Assembly: GCA_963924565.1 (NCBI GenBank)
Contig: OZ004609.1
Location: forward strand, 25,730,001-25,794,000
DNA: 64,000 nucleotides
Reading direction: 5' to 3'
Source of the DNA: Ascidiella aspersa
Taxonomy: Eukaryota
Shown here: positions 25,101 through 37,900 of the stretch, piece by piece
Numbering within the stretch: the first letter of the stretch is position 1
Layout of the letters: each line of letters opens with the position of its first letter
Translations under genes and position numbers: made by a program
The notes under the pieces: generated by a model
Seen by the model: only the letters and a program-made list of their open reading frames with translations
What the model was told of the DNA's origin: nothing
Databases searched by the model: none

Positions 25101-26968
25101 TGATTATTATTATTATTGGTGAGTACAACTTATCGACACCATGCTACTACTTACTACAAAAGGAGTTGGCACAATTTTTGAATACAAATAAACTTTTACA
25201 TCAGACAGTAGAAACACATTTGCTGCCAGACTAGCAAACCTAAAAAAATAAATCACAATTTTTAATTTCTGTAAACTACCAAAAAACATGTACCAACAAA
25301 CCTTGAACTATTATGGCGTGAATCATAACCAATAACAACACCCCTGTCTTTAAGATCACCTCCAAACTTCTTTAACAAATATTGGCAAAAACCCTAAATT
25401 AAAAAACATTAATGCTTAAATTCAACACAAGTTAAAATAATTTTTATAAATGCAATAAATCCTTACCTGAGTTGTTTGAATTATTGTTAAATCATTCATT
25501 CGGGAATTGCCAGTGCCCATCTCAGCTCTTAGTCCTACATAAATTAAAGCAATGTTACAGAAATACACAGTGCCTTTATATGGAGTGTCATGTCAGCATG
25601 CAACTTATGAGCAAGAATTCACAACGCCATTTAACACAACTTGTTTTATACTTTGTAATGCATGGTATGCCAATAAATGATTGGTCGAAATTAAAATCAC
25701 AGATAAACACAAAATGCTGGGGGTGAGCTAAAAAGAATAAGGGAATTGATTTTTTTTAAATGAAGAAAATGTGTCATACTTTTCACAGCTAATTAGGAGT
25801 ACCAACATTTATTGAATGACGTAAACAAAAGAATGTATATATTCAGACTAAAATATCTCTATAGTGCTCTACCTGCTGTTCCAAACTCCATACGATTCAG
25901 TAAATACTTTTTAAGCAAGTCTATTTTTTTCTCTTTGCAAAGAGTTAGAATTTCATTTCTTGATGTCTCATTCTGTAATAATATTTTAGATAAATTAGTA
26001 ATCAGCAAAGCCTATACAGGACTTGGTAAAATGATTTATTTTATGTTAATAATTTTTTATGTTAATATTTTGTAATGGAAATATATATTGCTTAAAGAAT
26101 ACTTAAAAAACGCTGCCATTACTTAGTCTACACATTATGCCAATATGTTAGGTGTGCAGCACCGGATTCTCAGGTGTTCACTGTGCAGGTGTGCAATATT
26201 GCTGACTCGGTTTGGAATTCCTACCACAGTACAACTCAAATTTAGATGTGTAATTTACTAATACAGATGTGTAAATATAATCCTTAAAAAAATGTTGGTA
26301 GTATATATACCTGCCACAGAAAGCAGGTTGGTTATGTGGTAGGTACGAACTCAGGATAGTTCAAAAACAATTGGTGTGCACAACTGGATTAGTCAATTGC
26401 ATTCTAATTTAGGAAAAGGTTGAGTTACAGTATGATTACAAACCCAATTGTGCACAAAAACCTTGATTGCACGCCTGGATACCAGTCTGCATTTCACGGC
26501 ACTTGATCTAGGGTGGGCATCACCAGATTTTGAGGTGTGCAATCAAGTGTTTTGGACACCTTAGGTTGGAAATTCTACATCAATTTACCTTTTTTTCGAA
26601 GTATAAGTGCGCAATATACCAATTTACATGTGCACACAAATTGCTTCACAAAAACTATGGGGTGTGATCCTGCCACAAAATGCAGACTGGCCTGCATACC
26701 TGTTAACCAGTGTACATATCATTGAACTTCATGCCGAGATTTAGGGTGAGCAGCGCTCAATTCAAGGTGGGAAGGTATGCAACCGAGGTTTATGCACACC
26801 TTTCTTTTTTGGGAATTTAGATGTGCAAGTTGCTAATTCACGTGTGAACATAAATTGCTTCCAAAAATATCTGGATTTCACGCGTGACGAACATACCTTG
26901 TCAAGATGAAGCCAATCTTCTATTGCCTTGTCCAATTTGACATCAGAAGTTTTTTCGAACGATTCCAT
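19149..26968 (-). CDS. PGM2: Phosphoglucomutase-2 / phosphopentomutase (PGM2/PGM2L1 family), about 613 aa
   Basis: 15 phase-consistent exons: 26968-26897, 25972-25873, 25534-25467, 25393-25302, 25239-25155, 25062-24933, 24860-24710, 24592-24403, 24164-24032, 23719-23574, 22879-22786, 21860-21731, 21288-21066, 19911-19781, 19245-19149. Motifs: FGTAGLR, catalytic TASHNP, metal loop [28 protein letters not shown]. Confidence 0.97.
26149..26870. repeat. Three degenerate related units in PGM2 intron 1
   Basis: Units start TAGG(G)TGNGCA(G/T)C at about 26149, 26509 and 26742 and share GGTGTGCAA, TTTAGATGTG and AAATTGCTTC(A)CAAAAA motifs. Confidence 0.45.
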
Positions 26969-29020
26969 CTTGTATTAGCTCTACTTGACTGTAGCGGTTT
27001 GGTGAAACGTTTGCAACTCTTAACCGTTATAAGGCCGGTGAGCTGAGCTGTTACTACGGTTGCTGTTCGATTTGTTTACCTATTATCCAGGAAAAGAGAA
27101 ACGTATTTTCACGAAACAAGACTCTATTTCGGTGTTTTGACGGTTTAATATTACAAGTGAAACAACCAAAATTCATAAAAAAATAATAAAAAGTCATTAA
27201 AGTTTTCTAGCAGTAATAATGTTACTTAATATTTAAACTATATTTATTCTTTTAAACATAAAAACTTTGTCGTATCCATTATACGCGTGTCGCTTTTTGC
27301 GTTTCCAAAATTTGTAGTTCCACTACACGTAATATACTGTACTGTAAGAACAACTTCATTTGAAACCTGGGGGCGGGGCAAGTGATGATGCAAGGTGCGA
27401 GAAACTAATGAGTCGTATTACATAACCTGTCTTTTGATGAAACTCGGTTCCCAGAAAACATTTAAAACTTTAAACTTGTAATTGAGCAGTTTGCACTAAC
27501 ACTAACGGTATGTAGGCTACACGCGACAGCAGCGATTTCTTTGAAATGTATACATATTAGGTGTATCATAGCGTTGTATTTCAAGCAATGTTCCCACTAT
27601 AAATCAAAACAACATACAGTACACCGAAAACTAGTAGGGGTCAAATTCTAGTCTGAATGCGATCAGCTCCAACCAAAGGTTCCCGACGTTCTGTTCATAT
27701 ATCTGCCGTTATCATTATAGACGGGAACACACAATATGACCTACATTCACAACAATACCGATATTTAAAGCAGGCTAATCTACAATACCATAGTATTAAG
27801 TCTTACGACATAATAAAGCCAAATACACAGTAGTATTCACGACAGAATAAGATCTAAATCTTCTGAATAACAACTAAACCTGTCGACGGAATAGGCATAG
27901 GTCCTAATTTCGTTTGAATAAGGCCTAAAAGGGGGTATGGGACGATATGGGCCATCGCTCTGACTTCGGCAGTTTTGGTGTCAACGTTCGGGCGCTGCTG
28001 TTTTAGCACCGGAATGTTTGCCACTGTTTGGGAATAGAGTTGGGTAAGGGTGTGGTTAGAAATAGGTCAGACACAAGTGGGCAAGATTCAGAACACCTTT
28101 TCGTCAATAAATTAGGTAGCAAGATCCGAATGTTTCTCAAATAGAAAAATTTGCAGTGACTTAAGCAATTCAAACACTTTGTTCCACGATTTTCCTCGTG
28201 AGAGCCACCTTACTTCTGAGTACAAAAGCCGGGTTTTATATGAAGCCTACATGTGCGTCGATGAGCTTGATTATTCCAACTATATTATTGAATACACTAT
28301 GAAGCTCAAATAATAATTTTCTGCCAATCAACATTTATTCGTGGATAACATAACGATCGACTTTAAACTCTAGTGCGATCTCCTTTATCCGAAATGTTTA
28401 ACTGCAGCCGCATCCATTCATGCACCGACATAAAAAGGTGTGCGTCTAAATCATATTTTCAATATGGTACTCCGGCAGTCGCCGACCACTGCTCTAAAAC
28501 ACATTTTTTTCTCCCACTGATTTTTGGAAAATAAAACCTGCCAAAAATATTCTTTTACCATAGTCACCGTTCAATAAACAAATGCTGGTCATCGCAATTT
28601 TTCGTTTTCGAAAAAAGTCCGCTTCCCACTAAATTAAACACGCATAAATGCCTATAAATTCAGCAATAACTACAGCAATGGATCCGTAATCAATTTATTT
28701 TCGAAACAGGTTGATCGACCCTGGAGCAGCGCAAGCTGCTCCAACCCTAGCTGTGCGACAAAAAGACCAAGTGCTGGACATTGCAAATGATGCATAGGTG
28801 TAGCCAAATGGGGCGCCTGAGGGGCAATACCCCCCTCCCAAATTTATAAATATTTGACTTTATAAATATATTAAATAGTTTATTTTTTAGCATTTGTGAG
28901 CAGTAGCCTAACACAACAGTCGATCACAGGCATGCCACACCTTCAATTGTCATGTACTGTTACGTCACAAACAATGTAGTTGCCGACCCATGATGTAAGC
29001 TGATTAAGGATATATTTTAA

Positions 29021-29479
29021 CATAGTTGCCATTCTAGATTATATGTTTTGGTTTGAATCTAGATGTAGGATTATACAATCTAGATGTTAGATGTTTTTTT
29101 AGATTATTATAAAAAAATATTGTATAATCTAAATTAGTGACAGATTCGCTATTGACGATAAATATTTCAGTAATTCAAAAAGTTTTTTTTTGCAAATTGA
29201 AAAAAAAAATGATGAGATATAGAATCGAAATTTCAGTAAATCGTCATGTTCAGTAAAATGTTTATAAAGCAGAAATCTTAAATCTAAAGCATCAAGTCCC
29301 TTTATGCAGCTTTATACAACATTAAGCTTTTAATGTTGATTTTTTGACCAAAAGTATTGAATATTTTCAAAAATCATTTTTAGATTATTTTTTAGATTTT
29401 TCCATAAAAATCTAGAAGTTTTTAAGTTATTTTTTTGGTAAATCTAGATGATTACTGTGAGAAAAAAATGGCAACTATG
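29021..29479. mobile_element. MITE (459 bp) with CATAGTTGCCATT TIRs
   Basis: 13-bp TIR CATAGTTGCCATT/AATGGCAACTATG; perfect 8-bp TSD TATTTTAA; subterminal TCTAGAT/TTAGAT motifs. Confidence 0.88.
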
Positions 29480-29598
29480 TATTTTAAGTCACAACTGAAA
29501 TATACATATATACCGGTACACAATGTGTTTTCTGTGACAATTCCTTTCTGAAGTAGTACTGGCCAAAGATAACGGCACCATAAGGTCAGAAAACAACT

Positions 29599-29672
29599 AG
29601 CCTGTGGTGAGATTTGAACTCACGACCTCCGGTAAACCGGGATCGTCGCTCTACCAACTGAGCTAGCAGGCT
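29599..29672 (-). pseudogene. Degenerate tRNA-like element (tRNA pseudogene or SINE head)
   Basis: Minus strand AGCCTGCTAGCTCAGTTGGTAGAGCG...GTGAGTTCAAATCTCACCACAGGCT. Intact A box, D-stem (GCTC/GAGC), T-arm (GTGAG/CTCAC) and B box. Acceptor stem is out of register and the anticodon stem does not pair. Confidence 0.7.
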
Positions 29673-31075
29673 CATAGGGGAGCACGCCTGTAATATAGAG
29701 CTTTTCTTGCGGATGGATTCATGACTTCCACTAATGGTGATTTTGAAAGGCCGCAAACTCTAAATGTTCCTATTTTTGATTACGTAAAAAACAGGTCTGT
29801 AGAGTCGGCGATGGACACGGACTTTGACCGATTAAGCAATTGCGAAGTCGGACTAGACTAGACTTTATTATGTAGGCTGTGGTTGAACTACAGTTGTTTA
29901 AACCGACTCGGCAGCTCTGCCTCAAACGAAGGATTGGTAAATTACTTTTGTATGCTACTGTCCTATAATTTTTTTGGCAATAACTGTTTTCAATTGCGCC
30001 GAAATGTTACAAGCTTATTGCAAATGAAAGTATTTCGACGCCGATGTTATTGGGCATTAATAAAGTTGTAACCAGTGACTTCCAACCGGCGGGCTGCGAA
30101 TATGTATAATATTTGGGTCATACACTTACATAGGGAAATACAATCTATTGATTAAACATGAGTAGTTTTGTGTATATGTATTAATTTATTTACCTCAAAG
30201 AACCCTGCATATAAACTCATGTTATTGTTAAAGATATCATGGGTTCACTATGGAATTCAACTATATTTATGATTCGCGTTATTTGTTTTACCGTCACAAC
30301 TCTTTGGATATCTAATAGTGGGCAACTACGTAAAACAACTAGGTAAAAATAAGCTAAAACGTTAAACGGGTTTGTTAAAGTAAAACGCAGCTAACATAAA
30401 AGATTGACATACAAAGCCAAAAAATTGTTGTTTTCTAAGGTAGGCTGAAATAGTTGTTTTTTTCTTAAAAACTGAATTACCTGAAGTTATGAACACATTT
30501 ATTGACAAGAATAAAACGACCACCATGTCATGTAAGGTACCATTAATTTGCCTCAGTTTCGGTTAAATGTAAATTAAATGCACAATTTTGAAGACAGTTT
30601 ATCCAGAAGGCTAATTGAAAAAAGAGACCAAAATCAGACAGACAAGATTTAATCGCACATGAACTACAATCGCATATAGCATTTTATCTACAAAACGAAA
30701 ACCACAGAAAGAGGTGATTGCACATTTTTAAACTTATAAGGGTATTTCACCCCATCTTATGTGTAAATAGTTACATTCTAGCTTTTGTAAACTGATCAGG
30801 AAATATCCTGTAGTGGTACTTTAAAATGCAGTAACAATAAAGACTATGTTAAATGCAATAAATAACAAATTTTTATCTTAAAAAAAACTCATCGAAGTTC
30901 AATGAAGAAACCACCTAAAAGACATTAAATAGACAACTGCAATAAAAGTCACACAATTGGATTTGGTCAAGGTTATTTTAAAATGATTTCAAGGTCAACC
31001 GTGTCCTGAATGAAAAAGGTTTGCTAGAGGTTTTTTTCTGGTTTCTCTGTGGCTGCCTTGTATTTGGCATGGCAC

Positions 31076-32084
31076 TCAAGGTCCCTTGACGATAAGAACA
31101 AGCGCAGTGATCAGACCGTAAAGACCCAAGACTTCGGCGAAAATAAGGATCAAGATCATTCCTGCAAAGAAGGTTTCGTTAAAGGTTTGTATTTGTACAA
31201 CATAACCTGAAATGCACCATATGATGACTACACTTACCGACAAACAGTTTGGGTTGTTGTGCTGTTCCTCTTACACCAGCGTCACCAACAATTCCAATAG
31301 CAAAACCGGCAGCGAGTCCGGAAAGTCCTACGCTCAACCCAGCACCAAGGTGAAGGAAGGCACTAAACAAAAATAACAGACAAAATAATCTCCATGGTGA
31401 ATCAATTGCAATTTAGGTTTCAGGTTCATTGTAACTTACGCAAACAAACTCATGTTCCACGCCATCTTTTGTGAAATAAGGACAGCGATGACAACACCAT
31501 AAATGGCGATAATACCAGCCATGACAACTGGTACAACGGATTTCATGATGAGCTCAGGCTTCATTATACTCATTGCGGCGATACCAGTTCCAGATTTGGC
31601 GGTTCCATAAGCGGCACCAAGTGCTATTAACAAACAAAAGTTTTATTTAAAAGTATCCAACTATACTTCAGACATCAGTTTGGTAATTTAAATTTAAGGT
31701 CTATACAAACCAGGTTACTAACAAAAAACACAATAGATTTAAATAACCTGAACCAAAAGTCAAGAAAACTAAATGTTTCATAACAATTAAACTATAGTAA
31801 AACAAAGGTAAAACAAAGGTAGAACAAACTGTTCATTAATCTGTTAGAGCCATCACATATTTTCCTAAAATATATATGAATAATAAATATGCTCATCGAA
31901 TTATTGCGTTTTTTTTTTTTTATAAATCATAAATATAATTGTTTTGCTGCTAAAGTAAGATGAAAAATACCCAAACAACCGTAAAAGCAAACTTACCACT
32001 GAAAACCATGGCCGAAGCCGCTCCCATTGAGCTAAAGAAGCAGGCATATGGTGGCCCGGTGGTTAAGGATGGAGTTGTCGACAT
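31076..32084 (-). CDS. ATP6V0C: V-type proton ATPase 16 kDa proteolipid subunit c, about 160 aa
   Basis: Exons 32084-31997, 31623-31440, 31362-31238, 31161-31076. Sequences [58 protein letters not shown] with the proton-carrying Glu. Confidence 0.98.
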
Positions 32085-32192
32085 TCTTGCAAATAATTTG
32101 GATATCTAACTTACACAAGCAAAATTTAAACAACGCAAAACAGTCTATTCCTTGCCAACTGATTCAACTGCGAACTGGAAATGAACAAAATG

Positions 32193-32247
32193 GTCACGGA
32201 TCACATGATAGTAGTCTCTAGCGCAGTCGCGAGCGTTATCATGTGAT
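32193..32247. promoter_or_regulatory. ATP6V0C proximal promoter with inverted M-box/CLEAR-like pair
   Basis: TCACATGA at 32201-32208 and TCATGTGA at 32239-32246, embedded in a perfect 11-bp inverted repeat, about 120-160 bp upstream of the ATG. Confidence 0.65.
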
Positions 32248-33064
32248 GGTGTTTTCGCGTCGCTTAACTTTTCTAACTTAAATGGGGTTATAATAATTTT
32301 ATATAGGTTTCTCCTGGCAAAAATATTTGAATCTTTGTTAACAACAATTGACTATAGTGTAAATATTAAAAAATGGGCTTAGCTTGTTCATTTAATTTGG
32401 ATATTGAAGCAAGAAGCTTTTTCAAACTGAAAATCAATTCTGATATAACCTTAATTTATTTTGCATATTAGTTTATCAAAGAATGTTTTGGGGGCGTCTT
32501 GGTTTTAATTGCAATTGTAAATTTTTCTATCATGCACCACCAAAGACATATTTTTTTTTTTAATTCTTCACATTTATCACAAATACTTATGTATAACAAT
32601 GGTTGCTAAATCGATTTTATGGGCAATTTTGTTCTCTCATCCAACTTATGTTATGAATTACAGTACTCGCAATTTGTTTTGTTTTATTATAATATACACA
32701 TTTTATTTAAATTATCTGGTAAGAACAACATTTATAAGAACTTACTTATTCTCATGGACTTGCATGTAACAATATTATGTAGTAAAATATATTCTAAGAC
32801 CAATTTGTGTCACGTTCAAACTCTATTTCTTTATAGCAGGGGTCGGGAACCTTTTTAGCCAAATGAGCCATAAAAGCCAAATATTTTTGGCTGTATTTCC
32901 ACGAAAGCCATATACCACTTTTTAACATCTAGTTATAGGTTGGCAAAAAATAATAATTTGAGCAGGGGAGTTTATTTTGTTCTCATTTAAAGGACAGAAC
33001 ATGCTATGCACCAAAAATGAATTAGCTAAATTTGCACAACTTTGACTACTGAGTTCCGTTAAAG

Positions 33065-33809
33065 CAGGGGTTCCCAACCTGTGGTACGCGTACCACTAGT
33101 GGTACGCGAAGGTTTTTCAGGTGGTACGCGAGTAGCTTTTATTTTTTTCACAAAAACCTGGATTCACAACTTTATGTTTTGTTCATCTGGTTTTGTTTAC
33201 AAAAAAAAATCCGAAGCCCATTCATTGTTACGTAAACATCCCTGTTGTTTAGTACCATTACGATTTAGTACCATTACGAAGCTCTTGATAGATAGCATCT
33301 ACTGTTTTATGGCTTAATCTACAAATAGCGTTGAATAATGCTAGTTGTAAGCAGGGCTGGGGAGCCACCGCAAAATAGCATTAGCTCCGGCTCCAGCTCC
33401 GGAGTCGTAAAACATAATCCTTTGGCTCCGGCTCCGGTGTCACCAGTCACTTATTCAATGGCAAGTTTTACAAATTGCTTTTGGCTAACTAACATTGGAG
33501 ATGAACAAAATAAAATATTTATATTAAAAAATATATTAAAAATTTCTTAGCTTTAGCACCACAAATTGAAAAATGGCTCCAGCTCCACAAAAATAATAAC
33601 AATGGCTCCGGCTCCGGCTCTGGCTCCAGAGAAAATGCTTAGCTCCGAGCTACGGGCTCCAGCTCCGGCTCCGGCTCCCCAGCCCTGGTTGTAAGCTAAA
33701 AATACAATAAAATATGCTTGGTACAAATTAGTTTTCTGCAAGAAGTGGTACACGTGGCAGTACAGAGCGTTCAAGTGGTACGAGAACGTAAAAAGGTTGG
33801 GAACCCCTG
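33065..33809. mobile_element. Middle hAT-type MITE of the triple nest
   Basis: TIR CAGGGGTTCCCAACCT / AGGTTGGGAACCCCTG; perfect TSD CGTTAAAG; GTGGTAC subterminal repeats. Confidence 0.9.
33352..33687. mobile_element. Inner hAT-type MITE of the triple nest
   Basis: TIR CAGGGCTGGGGAGCC / GGCTCCCCAGCCCTG; perfect TSD GTTGTAAG; GGCTCC hexamer arrays. Confidence 0.9.
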
Positions 33810-34908
33810 CGTTAAAGCGATAGGGCATTTTGGATATTAAGAAATAAAGATTTCCCAAACAGGATAACACATAACAGTCTCAAAAACAAATAGGATTCGC
33901 GCAAAAAGCCGAAAATTTGCTACTATTTGTAATGAAAATGGAAATACAAAGTTAGGAAAGCGGTCATGGCCGCTTGCAGTTTTATTTATATCATGCTAAG
34001 AAATCATAGCTTAGATTTATCTGCAAGCAAGATTCTTTCATCAAAAGAGCCATACGGCTTCACAAAAAGAGCCATATATGGCTCGCGAGCCATTGGTTCC
34101 CGACGCCTGCTTTATATAGGAACCATTTAGCCTACCCATCTATTTTACACCATGCACTCGAATTAAAGAGGCGTTTTTGTATTCTTACACAAATATTCAC
34201 AATTACACTTCATAGAAAGATAACAAAAAAGAAAAGACAATTTTATAGCTTGAAGCTTGATCTAAATTTATATTGCAAAAACTGCAAAACTTTGTTGCAT
34301 TTCTGTAAAGGGCACCTTGTCTTGGCTGCACAACTCCACGATGAGAGGTCCTACATGCCACTAAGTGTCCAATTTGGATACTGTTTTTTCCGTTACATTT
34401 TGGAGTTTATGCAATCAAAAAATATTTGCCCTGTTAAATTCAACTCTTCTTGATATTTGTGTCAATTGTGGTGTTGCTAAGTATAAAACAGTTGAGTTTT
34501 GTCATCGACATTGCAACACAGGGATACTTAAAATGTTTTAAGAATAATTGTTACCGCGAACCTTTAAAAAAGTTCTGCAAATCGGGTCGCGTCGCATTTT
34601 TTTGGTAAAAAAGGCACACAGAGACGTCAGATAAATAAGCAGTATGAGTAGAAAAGAGAGGGTGCTTTACAACAGGAAAACAAAAAGGGTGCAGTTGGCG
34701 CTCGATCGTAAACGCGCCCGGCTGTATTGTTCGCAAGACTGCGCGAATGTCGCACGCGGCGCCGAGCATAAGGCGGCGATGTGCTGTGTGCTCGACAAAC
34801 GGAAAAGGATGGAAATTCTTAAAAAACACAACGACAACAGCGACAACGACCGCCCGTCCGTCAAGCAACCAAAAATAATGGCCGCCGCCGTTTTCACACA
34901 ACAAAAAT

Positions 34909-37900
34909 TCACAGCGAGCGGCGCTTGCAAGTCTTCCGCCCGCGCTTGGCCATCCGCCGCCATTTCTTGCGCCATTTGAGGATATGCAGCAGCCGGAACT
35001 TGCCGCTGCTGGTCTTCACGCCGGCCACCATGTAGTGAGCCTTGTTGTTGCTCAGCACGTCACAGGTGCAGTGGAAGCCGTCGCTCATCCATATCTGCAG
35101 GTGCTTGGCCTTGACACCGGCGTTGCTCGGCCAGCGGAACTTCTTCAGGCCCTTGCCACGCACAGGGATCTGGGTCTCGCCTCCAGTGTACGTCAGCCGC
35201 TTGACGCGCACCTTCAGAACTGCAACAAGCAAAACGTGGCGGTGGTCAAAGTGGTTATATAGAGTCAAAGTGGTTATATAGAGTCAAAGTTGTTAGCAAG
35301 TTTAAGGAAAAATTGGAGAAATCTACCGTGCGCTGTTTTGTCTATTGCAGGGGTGTCCAACATGAGTCACCGACTCACCGGTACCAAATGTGGCAAAAAA
35401 GCTGAATTTGTTATATAGCCAATTGTCATTGTTTATTCACAATACAAAACAATCCCAGCAATTACGACGTCAAACAATTACTTCTGATAATATAACACTA
35501 TACTGATTTTATTTTTTGTATAAAAGCGCTTTAAATATAAGAAAAAAAATAGTTGCTAAACCTTGGCACGGGAAGAAGTTATAAGATAAAAAATGGCACG
35601 TCGGCATGTTGGAGTTGGACACCCCTGGTCTATTGTATCATCGCAACGCCATTTTATTGACAGAACATTCGCGAACTTAAATTCTAGACCCGATTTATCA
35701 CGGTTTAACTTTTCTCAATTTATCTCGAATAAAACGCTTGAGTCAAGTAAAGTGTAGCAATATTTGCCGGAATGAATAGTCGCGAAAAATGTATCGCTCC
35801 AAAAACTACCAGTAGAACATTAATGATTTAGCAAGTGCACAAACAGAGCAATGATACAATAGGTTTTAAGGAATCGCAAAAAAAGTATCCAATTATTTGA
35901 CATTTATCACTACATCCGTTGCTCTGCGTATCACCTTTTTTAGAGCTATGTCTAACGGATGGCAAGCACTAAAACCGGCTTTTACAACGTAAAATGCTTC
36001 AAGGAGGAAACTTAACCGAACAACTATTTTTGGGCGCCGCATATTAACGTTGTTGTAACAACTGACGTAAAAACAGTTGTGTAATGTCGAAAATAAGATA
36101 TCGCTGAGTTAAGAAAAAATCTACCAATTGCCTTGTTAAGGTTACATTGGAAGAAACACATTACCAAATATCTTACTGTTGAGATAATACGCAAACAAGT
36201 CAACACTTATTCCAAATTTAATAAATAAATCTAAAATGTAATTCCGTCGTTAACCGCATTAGAATAACGCGCGGACCGTATATTTAAATCACGTATAGCA
36301 ATTTAAACAGACATTTTGGGTCGAGTATCCAGAAAAAATTAAGATTGACCTTCATAAATAAACAATTGTCGATAGATTTGAACTGTGCAACGGGTGACAG
36401 GCGAACTACCGATATCTATTTGTCGTGCAAACATTGTTTGGTGGAAAACAAATCGCCATACAGGAACCAGGAGTCCCATGTATTTTAACTGGAATAATGG
36501 GAGTATTTGTATAGTCAGGACCAAATCTACCATCGGTGCCGTGTTATCGTTATTTGAACAGGCGTAAAACAACAAGCAACGTGCCGACAATGGAGTCATA
36601 AGTGCTTCTCTGTCGTTCGGCCCTCGATGCGAATCTAGGGGATTGCTCAAGGCGCTTCCTGGAAAAACAACAGGAAGCGACGAATTTAATTAAATTCATC
36701 CACCTTGGCTAAATCCGCGCACAACAAGGGCGTTTTGTTGCAAGTCACAGGGGGCGGCGGTTACGCTGACATTTAAGTTTCGCCAACGCCTCTGCGATAG
36801 AAGGGCAATATTATGCGTCACGGCTTGCGCGCAAATGCGCCAAATCGGCTTCGGTCCAGGACCTCACCGTTAGGCGTTCACGTTCCCGCCTCGATTTCGG
36901 GCAAGAATTCACATAATGTTGCGCAGGGACAAAGCCCGGTCGAGAATCGACGCTTCGCCCACAGGGTGCGGTAAGAACGCCACCTACAACGCTGAGCGTG
37001 AATAAAGGGCGCGTGCGTGCTGCGATCCCAGTATGGGGAGAAGGGGGCCACATACCGAAATCGAACGTGCAGAATCTTTTCCGCAGTGATGAGATGGCTT
37101 TCTTCTGGCGGCACGGCGGGCAGATCTTTCGGTCTGTAGACAAAAAGCACATAAAACAGCCGGTCGGTTATGGAGAGCTGGATAGTCGCACTTGTGATGT
37201 TCGCCGTCATGCTCAGTTCAGGCCCAGCCGAGCGCGCAAGGGCGGATGAGGAGACACGCGGGCCTCGGTTTCCGCGCGACACTCTTTCCAACCCCTTATC
37301 GCCGGCCGAAATCGCGCGTGGTGTCGGGACAAACGAAAACTTTACAAGTTTACTGACGGTTTCCAATTTGGGGCGTGGATTCGTCAACGGCGACATTACA
37401 CGACCCCGGTCAACACGCAACCGGTGGGGGTAGGGGGGATGGGGGGCGTCGGGCTGGAATGCGCGATTTCACTTTTCATTCGCCAAACCCGGGGTGGTCC
37501 TCACAGGCGCACCGTGGCGCGAAGCGGTGATCGCGAAAATCTGACAACTCGATTCCGCCTTGCGCGTCAAGGGGCCGCGGCGCAGCGCCCTTGAAGTCGC
37601 AAATCGCCCTGAAAGGTCGCACGCGAGCGCGGCGAGGCTTTTCGCGCGTCAGGCGCGCCCTTGGCGGAAATCCGCCAATGAAAACAAGCGCCGGAGATTA
37701 ATAACGACCGTAGCCTCATAGTTTGCGCCCTCGCGGTTAATCTACGCGTCAAGCCGCGGCGAAATGCGTGCGGGCCGCAAAACAGTATTGCGTGCGTATT
37801 GGCCTATTTCGCGTGATGGCTGGGTGCGTTCATCATGCCCTAAACAACAGGTGCCGGGACACAGCGATTTATATACGCGATTAATAGGTGCCCGCTGGGG

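Larger units (their letters stand above)
32837..34109. mobile_element. Outer hAT-type MITE of a triple nest
   Basis: TIR CAGGGGTCGGGAACC / GGTTCCCGACGCCTG; TSD CTTTATAG/CTTTATAT; subterminal GAGCCA repeats. Confidence 0.85.

Noticed and set aside
29599-29672. Functional tRNA gene (nominal CGG anticodon)
   Set aside because: Anticodon stem does not pair and the acceptor stem is out of register.
33553-33870. ORF with GAGAGA repeats
   Set aside because: Translation of the GGCTCC hexamer array in the inner nested MITE.
36878-37420. 180-aa ORF and other overlapping ORFs in GC-rich sFRP introns and upstream DNA (e.g. 46640-47092)
   Set aside because: Arg/Ala/Ser/Pro-rich translations open on several frames, no recognisable domain; expected from stop-codon scarcity in GC-rich DNA. 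Only 37133-37056 is a real exon.
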